Source: the human T2T-CHM13v2.0 reference genome, Homo sapiens
Strand: one strand, 5' to 3'
NCBI RefSeq assembly: GCF_009914755.1
Contig: NC_060929.1
DNA: 64,000 nucleotides
Every line of letters starts with the position of its first letter. The first letter of the stretch is position 1. The translations under genes were made by a program, and so were the position numbers. The notes beneath the pieces were generated by a model that was not told the origin of the DNA, did not search any database, and was given only the letters and a program-made list of their open reading frames with translations. Positions 28,147 to 45,027 of this stretch are shown here, piece after piece.

Positions 28147-30569
28147 TGAAATAATCTGTACAGCAGACCCCCATGACAGAGCTTACCTATATAACAAAAC
28201 TGCACATGTAGTCCCAAACCTAAAATAAAAGTTTAAATAAAAAATAAATAAAAATAAAAATTTTAGTTTTAATGCAATTTCTGCCTATGAGTAACACTCT
28301 TGTTATATGTGTTTTTTCAACCATGGGATATTACTAAAGATATAATTTTGATTTTTCATATTTCTTTGGGAAACAGGATTTCAGATAATAAATGTTGATT
28401 GTTTTCTTATAGGTAAACATATACATATTCACTAAAGGGTCATAAATGAAATGAATTAAATACATACTTCCAAATAAGGAGAATAAACAAGTTTGATTCA
28501 ATTATTTATAGTAACATAGAAAACAGAAAAGAGGCTCTCATTGGATAAAGGCTCGTACTAATATTTGAATAAAAGTACTTTATTTAATATTTTAATGAAT
28601 CAATAAATTTTATTTATTTTTTACCATTTTTAAAAAGTTTCCATTTGGGCATTTTTTTCTTTCATTTTCAATTATATAAATCAAAAATTTTCTAAAAGAA
28701 ACAAAGGTATTAAGCATTATTTTTAGATATTCCCTAGTTAGTATATATTTAATTACTCATAAAAGCCATTTTACACCTCACTATATATTGCCTGCATGTT
28801 CTTATATGTGAATATCATCACTTTCCCTCTATTCTTACTTATAAATTCACCTTTCTTAAGTCACAGAGAGAAGACCCTGTTGCTTACTTTCATGGTAAGC
28901 CTCATCAAAGGTAATCATGATTCTTATCATTTTCTATCACTTTTACACTCAAGTTCATTAGTTACTACATATATGCATTAATTGCTACAAGATGAATCTA
29001 GACATATTTATGAACCGACAGTGTGTGTTTTACACGTGTCAACTTTTCTATAAATATATATATAGCCAAAATCTCCATTAAATATATTTAGCTGAAAGGC
29101 AAGTTGGTAAGATTTACTCTGAATTAAAATGTTCTAGCTGGCATTTATTTAAAAAGAAGTGTGATCATCTTGGTTTATGTTATGTCTATCCCTCACAGCC
29201 AGATCTCCAGTATTTAGAAGTAGTAAAGTATAAGGCATCTACTTCTCAGCATGCATTGCTACTAAAGATTTTCTTTTTCTGTCAACAAATCTTGCTATAG
29301 ATACGACTTCTACTACATTATATTATTTTCAGTACCTCCCACTCCACTGCCAATCCCTTAATTTCCTCATTATCCAATTAATGTAACCAGCACTCTTTAG
29401 AGAGGAGTAGAAAGTGGTCTTGATATAGAGAAAGCCAGTAAGTGTGTAACATTTAATTGATTTTTGGAAAGAAATATTAGTTTTTAAATGCTTGAACTAA
29501 TGTAAAAGTATGCAAAGAGAACAACCTAAGGAGGACTCTCATGTATAATATTTTTCAAGTTGTGATAATATAAACTTATAAACACACACAGGTACATAAC
29601 AATATGCAGTTGATTAAATGAATTAGTATGTAGTTCATGAAAATAGAAATAAAAATATAATATAAAGTGTTTTAAAATTTTTGTGATGCATACTACTTTA
29701 GCATCCAAATTCTTTACTATAAATATTGCATATGAATCAGTTTAAATTGTGTATCTCCTATGTTCAAGATTTGATTGACTGCTAGTTTACTAGTCCTCTG
29801 TTGTAAATTTTAAATGGCAAAGGAAAATATTTAAATCGGAGTAGTAATTATATTTGGGAATATTGTTTTGCATAAGATAATGTAAACACATGAAATGACA
29901 AAACAGCTTAGTAAGACAGTATAAAATGTTGCAAAAACAATTTGTAATGTTAATTTTTTAATTATTTTTTAAAGTGATCTGGAATCATGAACCTATATGC
30001 ATTTAATTTGATAATATGTAGAGATAGATACCTCTCTATTTGTGTTAGTAGAAACAGATGGATAGAGAGTAAATTGTGTAGAGTCCAGATAGTTCTAGAA
30101 ACAGCAGGATCTGTACTAAAATAGGAATTCATACCAGTAAGTCACACTCCAAATACAGACTAAAAGGAAAGTTCAACATTGTTGCATGGTGAACACTCTT
30201 AGGAAAATTTTATTTGGATTGCATTTCTCATTTTTTTTTGGAGGTAATGCATGTAGGGTACAAGCAGAAGGGCAGAGTAGGAGAGAGGAGATACCTAAAC
30301 TTGTATCTCTATGTCCAAGAATGGATTTCCTGGATGCTTTTGAATCTTGCCAGGCTTGGGCTCTCAAATAACAATCAAGTGAAAGTAATTGCCCTTGGGC
30401 CTTTTCAAACAGGGAACAAAAATATCTGAGATAACTGAAAAACAATACTGCTGATAGAATTTGATATTTTGCTATAAATTTGAAGCTGCCTAAAGTCATA
30501 AAACTAGGTTTCCAACTAACACCAAATAGTGATTTGGAGAATAATTGTATTTTCTTTGCTATCATTTTC

Positions 30570-31850
30570 TTCCTAATATACTTTGGTCAAGATTTCATCT
30601 TACACTTCCAGTAATTGTTTCTTGGAAGAACTCCTCAAATATTTCCTAATTATAGAAACATTGTGCTAATTTCATTTCCCAACTAATATTTCCATTATGA
30701 ACTTCCTCTTATTATTGCCTCTGTCTTGGCTTTTGATCATTCTCAGCAGGTCCCCATCTGCCCTCCCTTAAATATTGATGCTTCTGTTGTCTCATGTTAC
30801 ATATCCACGTAGAGCTTCATCACAATATCTGCATCCTTATATTTCTTGAACCCCACTAAAATGGATCCAACACAAATGACTCCTGGATATCAGCAAGTCA
30901 TTATATTACGCACTCTACTCACTAGCAGTAACACAGAGCACCTTTCACTTCTATTTCATCTGGAAGTCTGGCATTTTCACATCATCAGTCAAAGAAGGTA
31001 AAATCCAGGAGTTGTCTTAGACATGCCTCATTCTCATTCCACCTACATCAACTTTGCCACCTATTTCTGCACATGTATTTTGTGACATTTTCAACACTCA
31101 TTTCTGACTTTTACTTTTATCCTCTCACATGAATTATTATAATAGATTCCTAAATTTCCCCTTGCCTAAAATTCTATATCCAAACAAACCAATTCTCAGC
31201 ACTTTAGTTATACATAGTTTCTAAATTTTCTACCCATCTACCAGCATTTGACATATACACTCTGCCTTTTTGCCTTTTGCTCTAGATAAGAACAGCCTTC
31301 CAATTTCGTGTGAGATATCATTCACTCTTGCCTATTCCAGAATGTAATTTGGAGTATTCTCTCTGCAGTCTTATAGGTTTTACTCTCTACTACATTAATT
31401 TTATCTGCTTGACAACATACTGTTACCTTTATCTTATCCTAAAAACCCTCCCTTGACTTGACCTTTCTCTAAAACTTTGTGCTCTGTTATATCCCTCTGA
31501 TCCTCTTTACAGAAAATTTCCTTGGTATCACCTATACTCTGTGACTTCTATTCCTCCTTCCTTAATCTCTCTTGAACCTCTGGAATAAGTAGACTTATGC
31601 TCCATAGAAGAACACTTTCATTCCCTCACTCCCAATCCCCTTTTCCAACTTTACTCTTTCCCACATACCATGTTCCACTTAATAGCATAGAAATATATTA
31701 TTGATAATTTTTAGTTTTTATTTCTCTATCTTCAGGACATAAGCTCTATTTGCCCAGGTTTAGTCTATAGTATTTACTGACTTTTCTAATTTCCTGTGAC
31801 AAATTCTGGAACACAGAATAGGCTCAGTAAATATTTACAAAATGAATTTA
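30570..31850 (+). mobile_element. Degraded L2 fragments
   Basis: C/T-rich L2-like motifs (AAATCCAGGAGTTGTCTTAGAC) and an L2 tail (GAACACAGAATAGGCTCAGTAAATATTTAC..TGAAT). Confidence 0.55.
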
Positions 31851-32464
31851 TATATATATATTTCTGATCATAAAACTGCCATATTTGAAATTCACCTATG
31901 GATCTCCTTATGTACACAGAAGTGCCTACTTCTTTCTATGGCCACAAGTTTTTTTTACATGGCATCCTAGAACTTTTCTCTCAGCCTATTTGTCTTCACT
32001 TGTTTTCAAATTCCTCTGATTCATTCTTTACACTGATGTCTTGTCAAAACACTAATAATTTCCTTACTGTGTCATATTTTTTTTCATTCACCAATGACCT
32101 TTTTCAGAAAAATCCTTATGCTTGTAGTTTTTCTTCCATAGCTAGCCCTTACTCTTATTAGTCTTGGCGTACATATTTATCTTACATGCTTCATCTCTGA
32201 ATACTTGCATGGCCTACCAAATACATCTGATTTTTGTCCTCCATTGGATACTCATTATGTTCCATTCAGTTATCTAATGCATTATTACTGTACCTAAATA
32301 AGTACACTTGGTCATCAGAAATAAACATTGTATATCTCTGTGTCCAATATAAGACACAGTATATTAAATTTACTCAATTCCTGACAATTAAATTTTTAAA
32401 TATACTGAATATGTTAAAGCTACATCTATATGTCTACACTTAGATTTGCATAACTATTTATACA

Positions 32465-32903
32465 TGCGTCAGCCACGAATATGTGCCTGTAAGTTCTCTG
32501 ACTATGGAGAGTACAGTCAGTTGACTGATGGCTCTAGCTGCTATACTCTGTAATTTATCACTGTGTTCCCACTAATGCCCCACTTCACAGAAGACTTCAT
32601 CCAAAAACTGAGCGTGGCAGAGATATTAAGTTCATTTTGTTCCTGGGAGACATGAGACTAAACTGAGAAGTGACTTTCGATTTAAAACGGCCTTCCTGGA
32701 CTCTTAGACCTTCTTTGCACTGTACGATACTCACTCAATCTTCCTTTTTTATCACTCTCCTTCATCTGAGATCTGATCTGTATCATAGTCTGGTAGTTCT
32801 CCCAGTCTTTCTTGGCCCTTTCCCCATTTTCCTCTCTTAATCAATCACATGGACAAATAATTCAGTCTAGGAATCTACCTCTTAGAGGATTGAGACTAAC
32901 ACA
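32465..32903 (+). mobile_element. LTR16B-like ERVL LTR (5' LTR)
   Basis: Ends TCTACCTCTTAGAGGATTGAGACTAACACA, typical of the LTR16 family, and is followed directly by ERVL leader sequence. Confidence 0.65.
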
Positions 32904-33915
32904 AGTGATATCTGAAATGTTTCAAGAATACAAGTGATAAGATGTGGAATTAGGGACTGGCTCAGGCATCATGCATTACAGGTAGGATAAAGTTGCTAGG
33001 TTAGGTGCAGATTACTCTGGCATAAGATAGTGTCTCAACTGCTAAATATTCCACAGGCAATTACTTTGGTAAAGTTCCAGTGGAGGGGACTGCTGTAGCA
33101 TATGTGACATCCAAAAAATACGGGTGGCAGAAGGAGCAGTGCCTATAAAGACCGCAGAACTGGCCGCTTACTGCTAAGTTACATTGATGTTATCAGAAGG
33201 ATATTAGGACTCTGTGGACCATATACCAAGAATTATAACAAATAGCCAGCATCTATGGACTGGAGTCAGGAGAACATTCTTAGGATTGGATCTTGAGCCT
33301 TTTTTTATCAAGGGGACAAAAATATAAGAGTAAGTAAGGAAATATTGATTGAATTGGGGATCCTTTTTCAGGGCATAGGACTTAATACACCAGGAGAAAA
33401 TTCAAGCAATAGAAAAAAATTGCTACTGCCTTGGAAGCCTGGGAAAAACAATGGCTAGCAATAAGTGAGGAGAAATTGTCTGAGCTGCCCTAGGAGATGG
33501 CAGAAGAAGGAAGAACGAGGTTAAAGGAAGTAGGCATTCTGGTTTGGATGTATTATATAAGGTCAGAAAACCCATCAGAGATTTATGTACCATGGGAAAG
33601 ACCAGAAGGCTCATCATTCACCAAGACCATGAGGCGAGGGGACACTGACATCAAGAAGAAGTTTTTCTCTGCAGACCAGGGCTGACATAGGAGGGGCAGC
33701 CACAAAGCTGGATGATGGGACGGACCCCAACGTGATAGAGGTCAGGAGTCAGCACTTAACTGCCAGGAGGCTGCAACTACTGTTAAGACTGGCAAGGTCA
33801 AAGGGCAAGACAACGGGCCTAACTGACAAAGATTTGTGAAGACGGTTAATAGTGTACGGCCTTGCTAGGGGCAAAGTAGAAGAGCAGCCCACACACATGC
33901 TGCTTAATTTGTCAC
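32904..33915 (+). mobile_element. HERV16/ERV3-16A3-type internal leader and gag remnant
   Basis: GATAAGATGTGGAATTAGGGACTGG leader; ORF 33497..33685 (EEGRTRLKEVGILVWMYYIR..VPWERPE) resembles ERVL gag. Confidence 0.7.
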
Positions 33916-34149
33916 CAAGTGACTTGTTGGTCTCTGTAAGCAATAGCGCATACCTTACCCAGAGCTCAACATCAATCTGTCATGACAGGTTGAATTCTCA
34001 CAGGCACAGTAGCTAGGCCAGCGTTGATACATGGGACTTGTCATGGGACGACATTAAGCTTGGTCATCTTGGCTGCTTAGTTCATATGTTCATACTTCCA
34101 TTTCACTGACAGAAATAAGGTGGATTTAAAATTCATAAACTTACATTGA

Positions 34150-35374
34150 TATTTAAAATTCATGTTTATTATTTTAAATGGTTATAAAATTTTTTTGATT
34201 TTGAATTTGCATTTCCTTATTCTTTTATACTGAAAAATCTAACTTTAGCGTAATTACCTATTTGTTACATCAACATCTATCTATATTCAACATACATGTC
34301 TAATTTCAAAGTAATAATAACAGTGTTACTTTCAAAAATATGATGGCAGAATAAATTCTGAGATGTATTTGCATTTTGTTTCACTATAAAATGTATTCAG
34401 CTAAGAATAAACTATAAGAATACAGTGTTCTAAAAACATTTGAAATAATTTTTATCCAGTGTGGTTATATAAACAACTTGATATATAGTTAGTTTCATTT
34501 GTTTTGATAGCCTTTCAATTTTTAAGAACTGTCTTTTTTCCTTGTTGCTTTAATCCTCAATAGTTTCATATGCTATATTGTCACTATGATTTTTAGCTGA
34601 AATTTCTTAACATCTATTGACTGCTAATGAACTGTTTTCTAGAATTATTTACATATAATTTAAAAACATACATTGGTCATATGTGTTTCTGTATATTTTT
34701 CATAGGTTCATATGTAGATAACTTTAAAATTTATTAAAAACTTTCGGAGTACATAACTAGGTAACAACCATGCAGGCTAAGAAATATTAGAACTGTCCCT
34801 TCCTGCTCCTCCCAAACACTTGTCCTTCCTTCCCAAAGTGATCACTAATTTTACTACTTCTAATACCTTAAATCCATAATCATTTTTGATTATTTTTGAC
34901 TTTATAAAATAAGATTTTTGAACACCTAGTAGTACCCATTATACTGGTATAAGCAGATATTTATTTTTTAATTTAATTTTCTGTGTAGTAATGTATTTTA
35001 TAAACATAAAATTATTCTTCCATTCATTCTGTTGTTGAAGGGTTGCATTCAGTGTTTCAATATGAATGTGTTTCAGATGTCTTTTGCTATAAATATGCAT
35101 GCATATCTTGGAATTTGGCAGATACCTCCTAATGTATTTTCCAATAATCTGTACTAACTTACGTTATTCCAGAAAAAGAAATGACAATTATCTTTTCTTT
35201 CCTTTCTTGCAAACCCTTGGTATTGTGAGTCTTCTTTCATTTTTAATCTTTCTTTTTGATTTATAGTGTTATGTCATTCAGGTTTTAATAGAAATTTCCC
35301 TGGTGATTAACATAATGGAGAAAGTTTTCATAGGTTTACTAGCAACTTGTTTATCTTCTCTTTTGAGGTAACTC
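34150..35374 (-). mobile_element. Old L1ME/L1M fragments, target of the L1PA3
   Basis: Degenerate antisense L1 3' motifs (CATTCTGTTGTTGAAGGG, ATTTCCCTGGTGATTAAC); continues to about 37050 past the L1PA3. Confidence 0.55.
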
Positions 35375-35388
35375 TTTAAGTCTTTTCT

Positions 35389-36924
<1,536 letters not shown>

Positions 36925-37059
36925 AAGCCGTTTCTGTATTGAGTTTTCTCTATTGAGAAAACTCAGTAGAGAATACCTAATTAATTTATAGGTATTCTCT
37001 GCATCTTCTCGATATGAGACATTTATTGCCTATATATGCTACAAATAGCTTCTGTTACA

Positions 37060-37395
37060 TGTTACTGGCAGAACACAACAAGATAGAAATCCAGAAACAG
37101 ATTTCCACAGAGCTGGTCATTGGATTTATGACAAAGAACAGTGGAAAAGCTTTGACTTTTCAATAATGGTGCTGAGTCTTTTGGATTCTATAAGAAAAAG
37201 AAAAACAAAAAGAAACTTGACTCTTATATACACCAAAAATAAAAATCAATCTAGGTAAAATGGTAAAATAATAACACTTCTGAAAGATAACATCGGGGAA
37301 TATCTGCTGACTTGGACTAAGGATCGGTTACTTAAACAATATTATAAAGTAGAAAATTGATATGCATGGCTACATTACAATCAAGAATGCTTCTC
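37060..37395 (+). mobile_element. Old L1M ORF2 fragment
   Basis: TTTTCAATAATGGTGCTG and AAACTTGACTC..ATACACCAAAAATAAA are ORF2-like. Confidence 0.55.
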
Positions 37396-38711
37396 ACATC
37401 TAAATGCAAATGGAAAACCACAACAGAGCAAGAGTAGCAATACTTATATCAGATAATAGAATACAAATCAAGGACTGTATAAAGAAATAAAGAAGGTCAC
37501 TATATAATGATAAATGGATCAATTTAGTAAAGAGATATTACAATTTTAAAAACCTATGCACTTAACATCAGAGCTCCTAAGTGTATAAAGCAAATATTAA
37601 CAGCTCTGAAGGGAGAGATATACTGTAATACAATAATAGTAGAGAACTTTAACACCCCACTCTTGGTGATGACAGATCATAGAGATAGAAAATCTATAAG
37701 GAAACCTCAGAGTTAAACTACACATTAGACCAAAGAGACCTAACTGAGAGTTACAGAACATTTCACCCAACTGCTGCAGAATACATATTTCTTTCATCTT
37801 CATATAAAACATTCTCCAAAATGGACCATATCTTAGGCTACAAAACAAATCTGAAAAAATTCAAAAACAGTAGAAATTATATCAAGTATTTTTTTCTCAT
37901 CACAATGGAATAAAATTAGAAATCAATAAAAAGAGTAACCTCAGAAACTTCACAAACACTTGGAAATTAAACAGCATGTTTCTAAATGACCAATAGGTCA
38001 ATGAAGAAACTAAGAAGAATATTTAAAGAATTTCTTAAAGCAGATGATAATTAAAATACCATATGCCAAAATCTATGGGCTACAGCAAAAAAACAGTACT
38101 TAAAACAAAGTTTGTATCAACAAATTCTTATGTTTAAAAAGTAGTACTTCAAAAAACCTCAAGGAACTAAAAAGCAAGAACAAACCAATCCTTAAATTAG
38201 TAAAATAAAAGAAAAAGATCAGAGCATAAATAAATACAATTGAGACAATAAAAAATAATATAGAAGATCAACAAGTTAAAAATTAGTTTTTGAAAAGATA
38301 AATAAAATTAACAAACCTTTGGCTAGATGAAGAAATAGAAGCCCAAATAAATAATATCAGAAACAAAAAAGGAGACAAAACAAATGAAAATAAAAAATAT
38401 AAAGAATCATTAGATTCTCATATGAACAACTTACGCCAACAAATTGAAAAACCTGGAAAAAATTAATAAATTCCTGAACACATGCAACCTACAAATATTG
38501 AACCTTGAAGAAATAGAAAACTTCAATATACCAATAACTTGTAATGAGATTGAAGCCATTAAAAAAGGTCACAACATGATGTCTTTACTGCTGAATTCTA
38601 CTAAACATTCAAAGGAGAACTAATACCAATTCTACTAAAACTGTTCAAAAAAATTTAAGAGAAGAAAATATTTCCAAATTCATTCTATGAGGCCAGCATT
38701 ATCCTGATACA

Positions 38712-39383
<672 letters not shown>

Positions 39384-39777
39384 CTAATATCTATGATGAG
39401 CACAGATATAAATAGTCTTAACAAAATAGTAGTAAAAGAAATTCAATAACACATTAAAAAGACCATTCACCATGTTCAAGTGGGATTCATTCAGGAATGT
39501 AAGAATGGTTCAATATATGAAAATTAATGTACATAATACATCACATTAGCAGAACCAAGAACAAAAACATGAATTTTTAAATATATGTTTAAAAGTTATT
39601 CAGTAAAATTCAATATTCTGTTATGATAATATCCCTCATCAAACTAGGTATAAAAGGAACATACCTCAAAATAATAAAAGCCATACATGAAATGCCCACA
39701 CTAATATAATAATGAATGGTGAAAAATTAAAGGTCATTTTTTTAAGGACTGGATGCTCACTTTCACCTCTTTTATTA

Positions 39778-39825
39778 TTAGGTCGATGCAAAACTAATTG
39801 CGGTTTTTGCCATTACGTTTAAATG
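39778..39825. mobile_element. Half MADE1 (Hsmar1 MITE)
   Basis: TA-TTAGGTCGATGCAAAACTAATTGCGGTTTTTGCCATTAC matches one MADE1 TIR arm; the second arm is absent. Confidence 0.85.
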
Positions 39826-41488
39826 TTGTAGTGGAAGTCCTGACCAGAGTAATTAGACAAGATAGAGAAATAAAGGGCATTCAAAGAGGAAAGAAAGAAG
39901 TCCATTTCCCCTTGTTTGCAGGTAGCATAATCTTATACTTAGAAAAATCTAAAAACTCCATCAAGAAACTGTTAGAATTGATGAATGAATTCAATAAAGT
40001 GTTAGGATACAAAAATCAACAAGGAAAAATCAGTAGCATTTATATACAACAACAGCAAATGATATGAAAAAGAAATCAAGAATGCAATATCATTTACAGT
40101 AGCTGTAAATCATATAAATACCTAAGAATCTATTTGACCAAATAAGTAAAATATCTATACAAGGAAAACTATTTAACACCGAGGGAAAAAAAAGGACACA
40201 AAAAATTTAAAGATACTTTATGGTAACAGATTGGACGAATTAACATTGCTAAAGTGACCATACTGACATTGCTAAACTGACCATACTACCCAAAGCAATT
40301 TACAGATTCAAAGTAGTCCCTATCAAAATACTAACATCTTTCTGCATGAAAATAGAAAAAAAAAAGTCCTAAAATTTTTATAATCACAAAAGATGCTGAG
40401 TAGCCAAAGTAATTCTGAGCAAAATAGAATAAAGCTGGAGGCATCACATTACCTAACTAAAAATTTATTACAAAATTATAGTAACCAAATCAGCATGGTA
40501 CTGTCATCAAACAGACACACAGACCAATGAAACAGAATGGAGAACCCAGATATATATTCATGCTTTTAAAACAAATAATCTTCGACAAAGGCACCATGAA
40601 CATACAATGAGAAAATGACAGTCTCTTTAATAAATGGTGCTGGGAAAACTGGTTATCTGTATGCAGAAGAATAAAACTAGACCCCTATCTCTCACCATAC
40701 ACAAAAATCAAAGTGAATTAAATACTTACATCTAAGACCTGAAACTATAAAACTCTTAGATGAAAACATTGGGAAAACACTTCAGGACATATGTCTGGTT
40801 AAAATGTTTTTATCTAAGACCTCAAAAGCACAGGCAACCCAATAAAAAATAGAAAAATGAGATTACATCAAGCTAAAAAGCCCTTGTATAGCAAAGGAAA
40901 CAATCAACACAGTGAAGAAAGAACTCACAAAATGGGAAAAAATATTTGCCAACTACTCTTATTAAAAGAGTGAAAAGCAATATGTTGGCAAGATTCAAAT
41001 CCTAATAAATACATTTCACTTCTACTGGTATGTTTTCCTTTTTCAAAATATGCTTTCTTGTTTAATATTTTTTTCATTTTTTTCCATTTCATATCATATA
41101 AAGTAAACATTTTGTCATCTCTTGACATTTGCCTATTATTTTACATTCTTGGAAGTAATAATTCTTCATTATTTTTCTGAAGACTCTTAAAGTGGTTCAA
41201 TAGCCTGTGATGATGGCTATAATTTCTTTTCATAACACTTCTTAAACAATAAATCAGTTTCTATCTTTACTTAGATTATATAAAAATTCTATTAAAAAAG
41301 TGTTAATTTCCTCTATACTGCTAAGATCTCCACATTCCTCTGGTCCTAATCTTTTAAGCTGAATTCTTTCAATTCGATTCCGATTTGGAAAATTGCATTT
41401 CAAGTCTATGCAGTTGTGGTATATAGCTTGGGGTTCTCTTCCCTTATGGTGGAATACCCCAACCAAAGCGAAGTCCCACTGTAGGCAA

Positions 41489-41872
41489 TATATTAGCTGG
41501 CTAGGTCTACCATAACCAAATACCAAAGACTGGGTGGCTTACACAACAAAAAATTACTTCATCACACTTCTGGATGCTAGGTTTGGTTTTCAATGGAGTT
41601 ATTAGCAGAATTGGTTTCTTCTAAGGCCTCTATCTTTGGCTTGTAGGTGGTCATTTTTGTGTTTATATGGCATATTTCTTCTGCATGTGTCTACATATAA
41701 ATTTCCTCTTATAATGACATCAGCAATATTTAATTAGGGCACATCCTAATGATCTAATTTTAACTTAATTACCCCTTTAAAGACTGTATCTCCAAATATA
41801 GTTATTTGAGATATTAGAAGGTTGAGACAACAACATACTGATTTTTGGAATGAAATAACTCAGCCCATAATA
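41489..41872 (-). mobile_element. MLT1B-like MaLR solo LTR
   Basis: TATTAG..CCATAACCAAATACCAAAGACTGGGTGGCTTACACAACA..TTTAACTTAATTACC..CTCAGCCCATAA. Confidence 0.82.
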
Positions 41873-44800
41873 GGTGGAATGTCTCATTAATTTAAATATC
41901 ACTTTATTAAAATTTTAAGGTATGTATTACTACCTTGAATGCCTCAGTTTGCTAGATAACTGCTCTGAATTTAAGATACATTTTCAATTATGTTTGTGGG
42001 ATTTTTCACCTTTATTTTTCCTGAGGTTTCACACATTGTCAAGCAATTTTGTACTTTTACATGATATGATATGTATATCTGCCCAGTGGAATATGTTGAT
42101 ATAGCCAATGGTGAGTAGAAGACTCTTAGAAATCATTTATCAACATCGATTTAAAAAATACATCAACATTGTTTGTAATATATCAAATGACAAAGTCCAG
42201 TTCCAAAATCATACTTAATAAAATATCTATCTATAGCTGCCTGTCTGTCATCTACCTACATGTAGAGGTTTTGAAATAATAAAAAATTTATACTCAATAA
42301 GTTAATTATGGTTAAATTTGGATGCTTAAATCTGGTGGGATATTAAATTTCGTCTTCTCTGAATGACTCCAGTAAGCCTATTTGAACTGTCCACAATGAA
42401 CATTTGTAGGCAGCTTTTATTTACCATAGACTTTTATTTCTAAAATAAATACTTTTGTTGGACTAGGTAACAAGTTACAAAAGTGCCTATAAACCAGTAA
42501 TTCTATGACTGATCATCTATAATGCATGAAATCAGAAGTAGCGAAAGAAAAATTGCATAAAGAAAGAAATTCATTCCAGCTCCAAAACATTTGAAAAATC
42601 AAATACCTGACAAAATGGATTACCTACAAATGGTTTATATATATTTGGTTTAAATTGCATATGATTATTAAAATATTATTTGGAATTTATAGTAGTATTG
42701 ATATAATGTTATGTAAAAACAATTAGGACATATAATATCTATGTAGAAAGGTGTGTTTGTGTTACATAATCTCCATGACGCTGTACAAATAACACTATGT
42801 TGTACATGACATGATGGGTGTGTACAAAAATGTACATGTTAATATATGAAAACATCATAAATTATTTCCTATAATCTAATTGTGCATGTCTCTTCTAACT
42901 TTTTGATAATTTTCTAAGGTTTTTGATAACTTTCATTAGAAGAGCTGGAATGCTATTTGATGTGATTGTTTATTCTTTTAAAATAAATGATCAAACATGT
43001 ATGTTATAAACAAAACGAAATTGTTTATCTTATGTATCCAACAGGTAAATTACAAATAGGTACATAGTTTCAGCAGCATGTGTTTATAAAATTCTATTGA
43101 AATTTTGATGTTTTAAACAAAATATAGCACCATTTACTTTAGTAGGACTAACTAATCTGTAAAAGTAGAATTAACCAGGCAAGGCAGATGTATATAAAAC
43201 ATTTGACCTCTCTACATACAATAGTAATCAATTCCAATAGAATTTTTCTCTATTGGCAAAATGACTAGTTTTACCTTTGCTGTTTGATATTATCTGCAAA
43301 GCAGTGATTAGGGCATCAGCATAACCACTGCTGGAATATAAGTTTTTTGCATTCTATTTTAACAGTCCATTGGGCAAAATAAATTTGAGTAGAATGTGCA
43401 TTGAAATAGAAAGACTTTCTGATGGAGAAAAGTGAAAAACTGTGATGATGCTGCTTGGGCTTTATCCCCTTCTGAAAGTAGTGATTTCTCTACTTAATGG
43501 TGTAGCCTTTTCTGCATCATTCAGTAGAGAAGCCACTGCCAGAGTATATTTAATGGTATTCTAAAATAAACTCTTCTAGGAATCCAAAATGCCCCTGACA
43601 GCAAGAGGTAACTGAATACATTGTCAGCTAAGGTTCAATTTTAAATCTTCATGGAACATACAAAATACTCTTTTAAAAAAATTCTTTATACAGCGCTGAC
43701 ATTCATCCAGTAGGCAAGAGTTTAGCCATATTTATTTTTAAATTATTGAAATGTTTTCTTCCTTTTGGTAAATAGTTATACCACCTCAGTTCCTAAACCC
43801 ATGCATCCTGCCTCTGCCATCATTACAAAGTCCTAGATACCCACCCCCGACCTCTGATTGTTAATTCAGCAACCAAATTGTTAAGCTGGGCACAATAAGG
43901 TCCTACTCACCCATATTCCCACACCATGATGGAGGTCTATCCTTATTTAATAATGACTGTGTGGTATTGCTTGTTGAATGATTTGAATGTCAGCCCTTCT
44001 TATATATGTTTATGTAATAGTTTAAAATATGTTATACATACTTCAGGGGTCCTTGATATTGTTTCTTTTCTAATTTATTTATTTTTAAAATTTGCTTGGT
44101 GATGCTATGTATTTTCAAGTTCTATCTGTTACAAGAGATTTTTATTTTTGACCCCTGCCCACTATGAATTTCTCTTCTTTGAATGCTTAGAGTGAGGCCC
44201 TGTGCAGCCCGAGCCTTATTTAAATGTCTACAATGAACGTCTATTAATCTCTAGGCTGCCATAACTTGCTTGGAGCAAAAGGATTCAGTCTGGAAGGATA
44301 TCTATCAGTCAGTGCAGTTGAGAAACATGTTGTGCTATTAACTGACTGAGAAGTGAGGTAGCTAGAAGGTAAATACAAGTACAAGAGAATTTCATATGCA
44401 GGAACATTTGGGCTTTCCTGCCTGTGTTATGCCACTTCTCCAGCCCTCTCACTGGTCAGCACTCAGATTCAGATCAGGGCACCTGGGAATCTGACTGTGC
44501 CTCAAGTGTCTCCATCTTGATCTTTTCTCACCTATCTGGGGGGTGATTTTCTTTAAATCTGATACTTCTGGAACTGCTTTCCATTTTCTTGGACCATCAT
44601 TTGTGCTCAATGTTGCCTTCTCCTTGAAACTTTTTTATACAGAGAAACATGAATTTGAGAGTAAAATTATTATTGATGATGTTTCTAACCTGTAATTTAT
44701 CTTCCTATAACAGACACTTGTTAACACATACAAGTTATTTTAAGTACCCAAATACAGTAAAGAAAGCAAATATCATTTTTGATATTATTAAGTTTAAACT

Positions 44801-44986
44801 TAGCCTTCTGCGTATCTCAAGAATGCTAATCATCTGAGCGATAAAAATAACATATGCCGACATGCTCAATAAATTTGTTTTGAGCCAATTAATACATAAA
44901 ATAATGGATATCTGTACATTGTTGTAATGTTAAAAGTGGTATGTCTGCATATTATATCATTAAAAAGTATATTAAATATACCCTCC

Positions 44987-45027
44987 ATATATATATATAT
45001 ATGTCTATGTATATATATATATACACA
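44987..45027. repeat. (TA)n microsatellite
   Basis: Seen directly. Confidence 0.85.

Noticed and set aside
26668-28217. 151-aa and neighbouring ORFs
   Set aside because: They are THE1B LTR and internal sequence with no intact retroviral gene.
30173-30565. 130-aa minus-strand ORF
   Set aside because: No recognisable homology, and the composition is typical of chance ORFs in AT-rich DNA.
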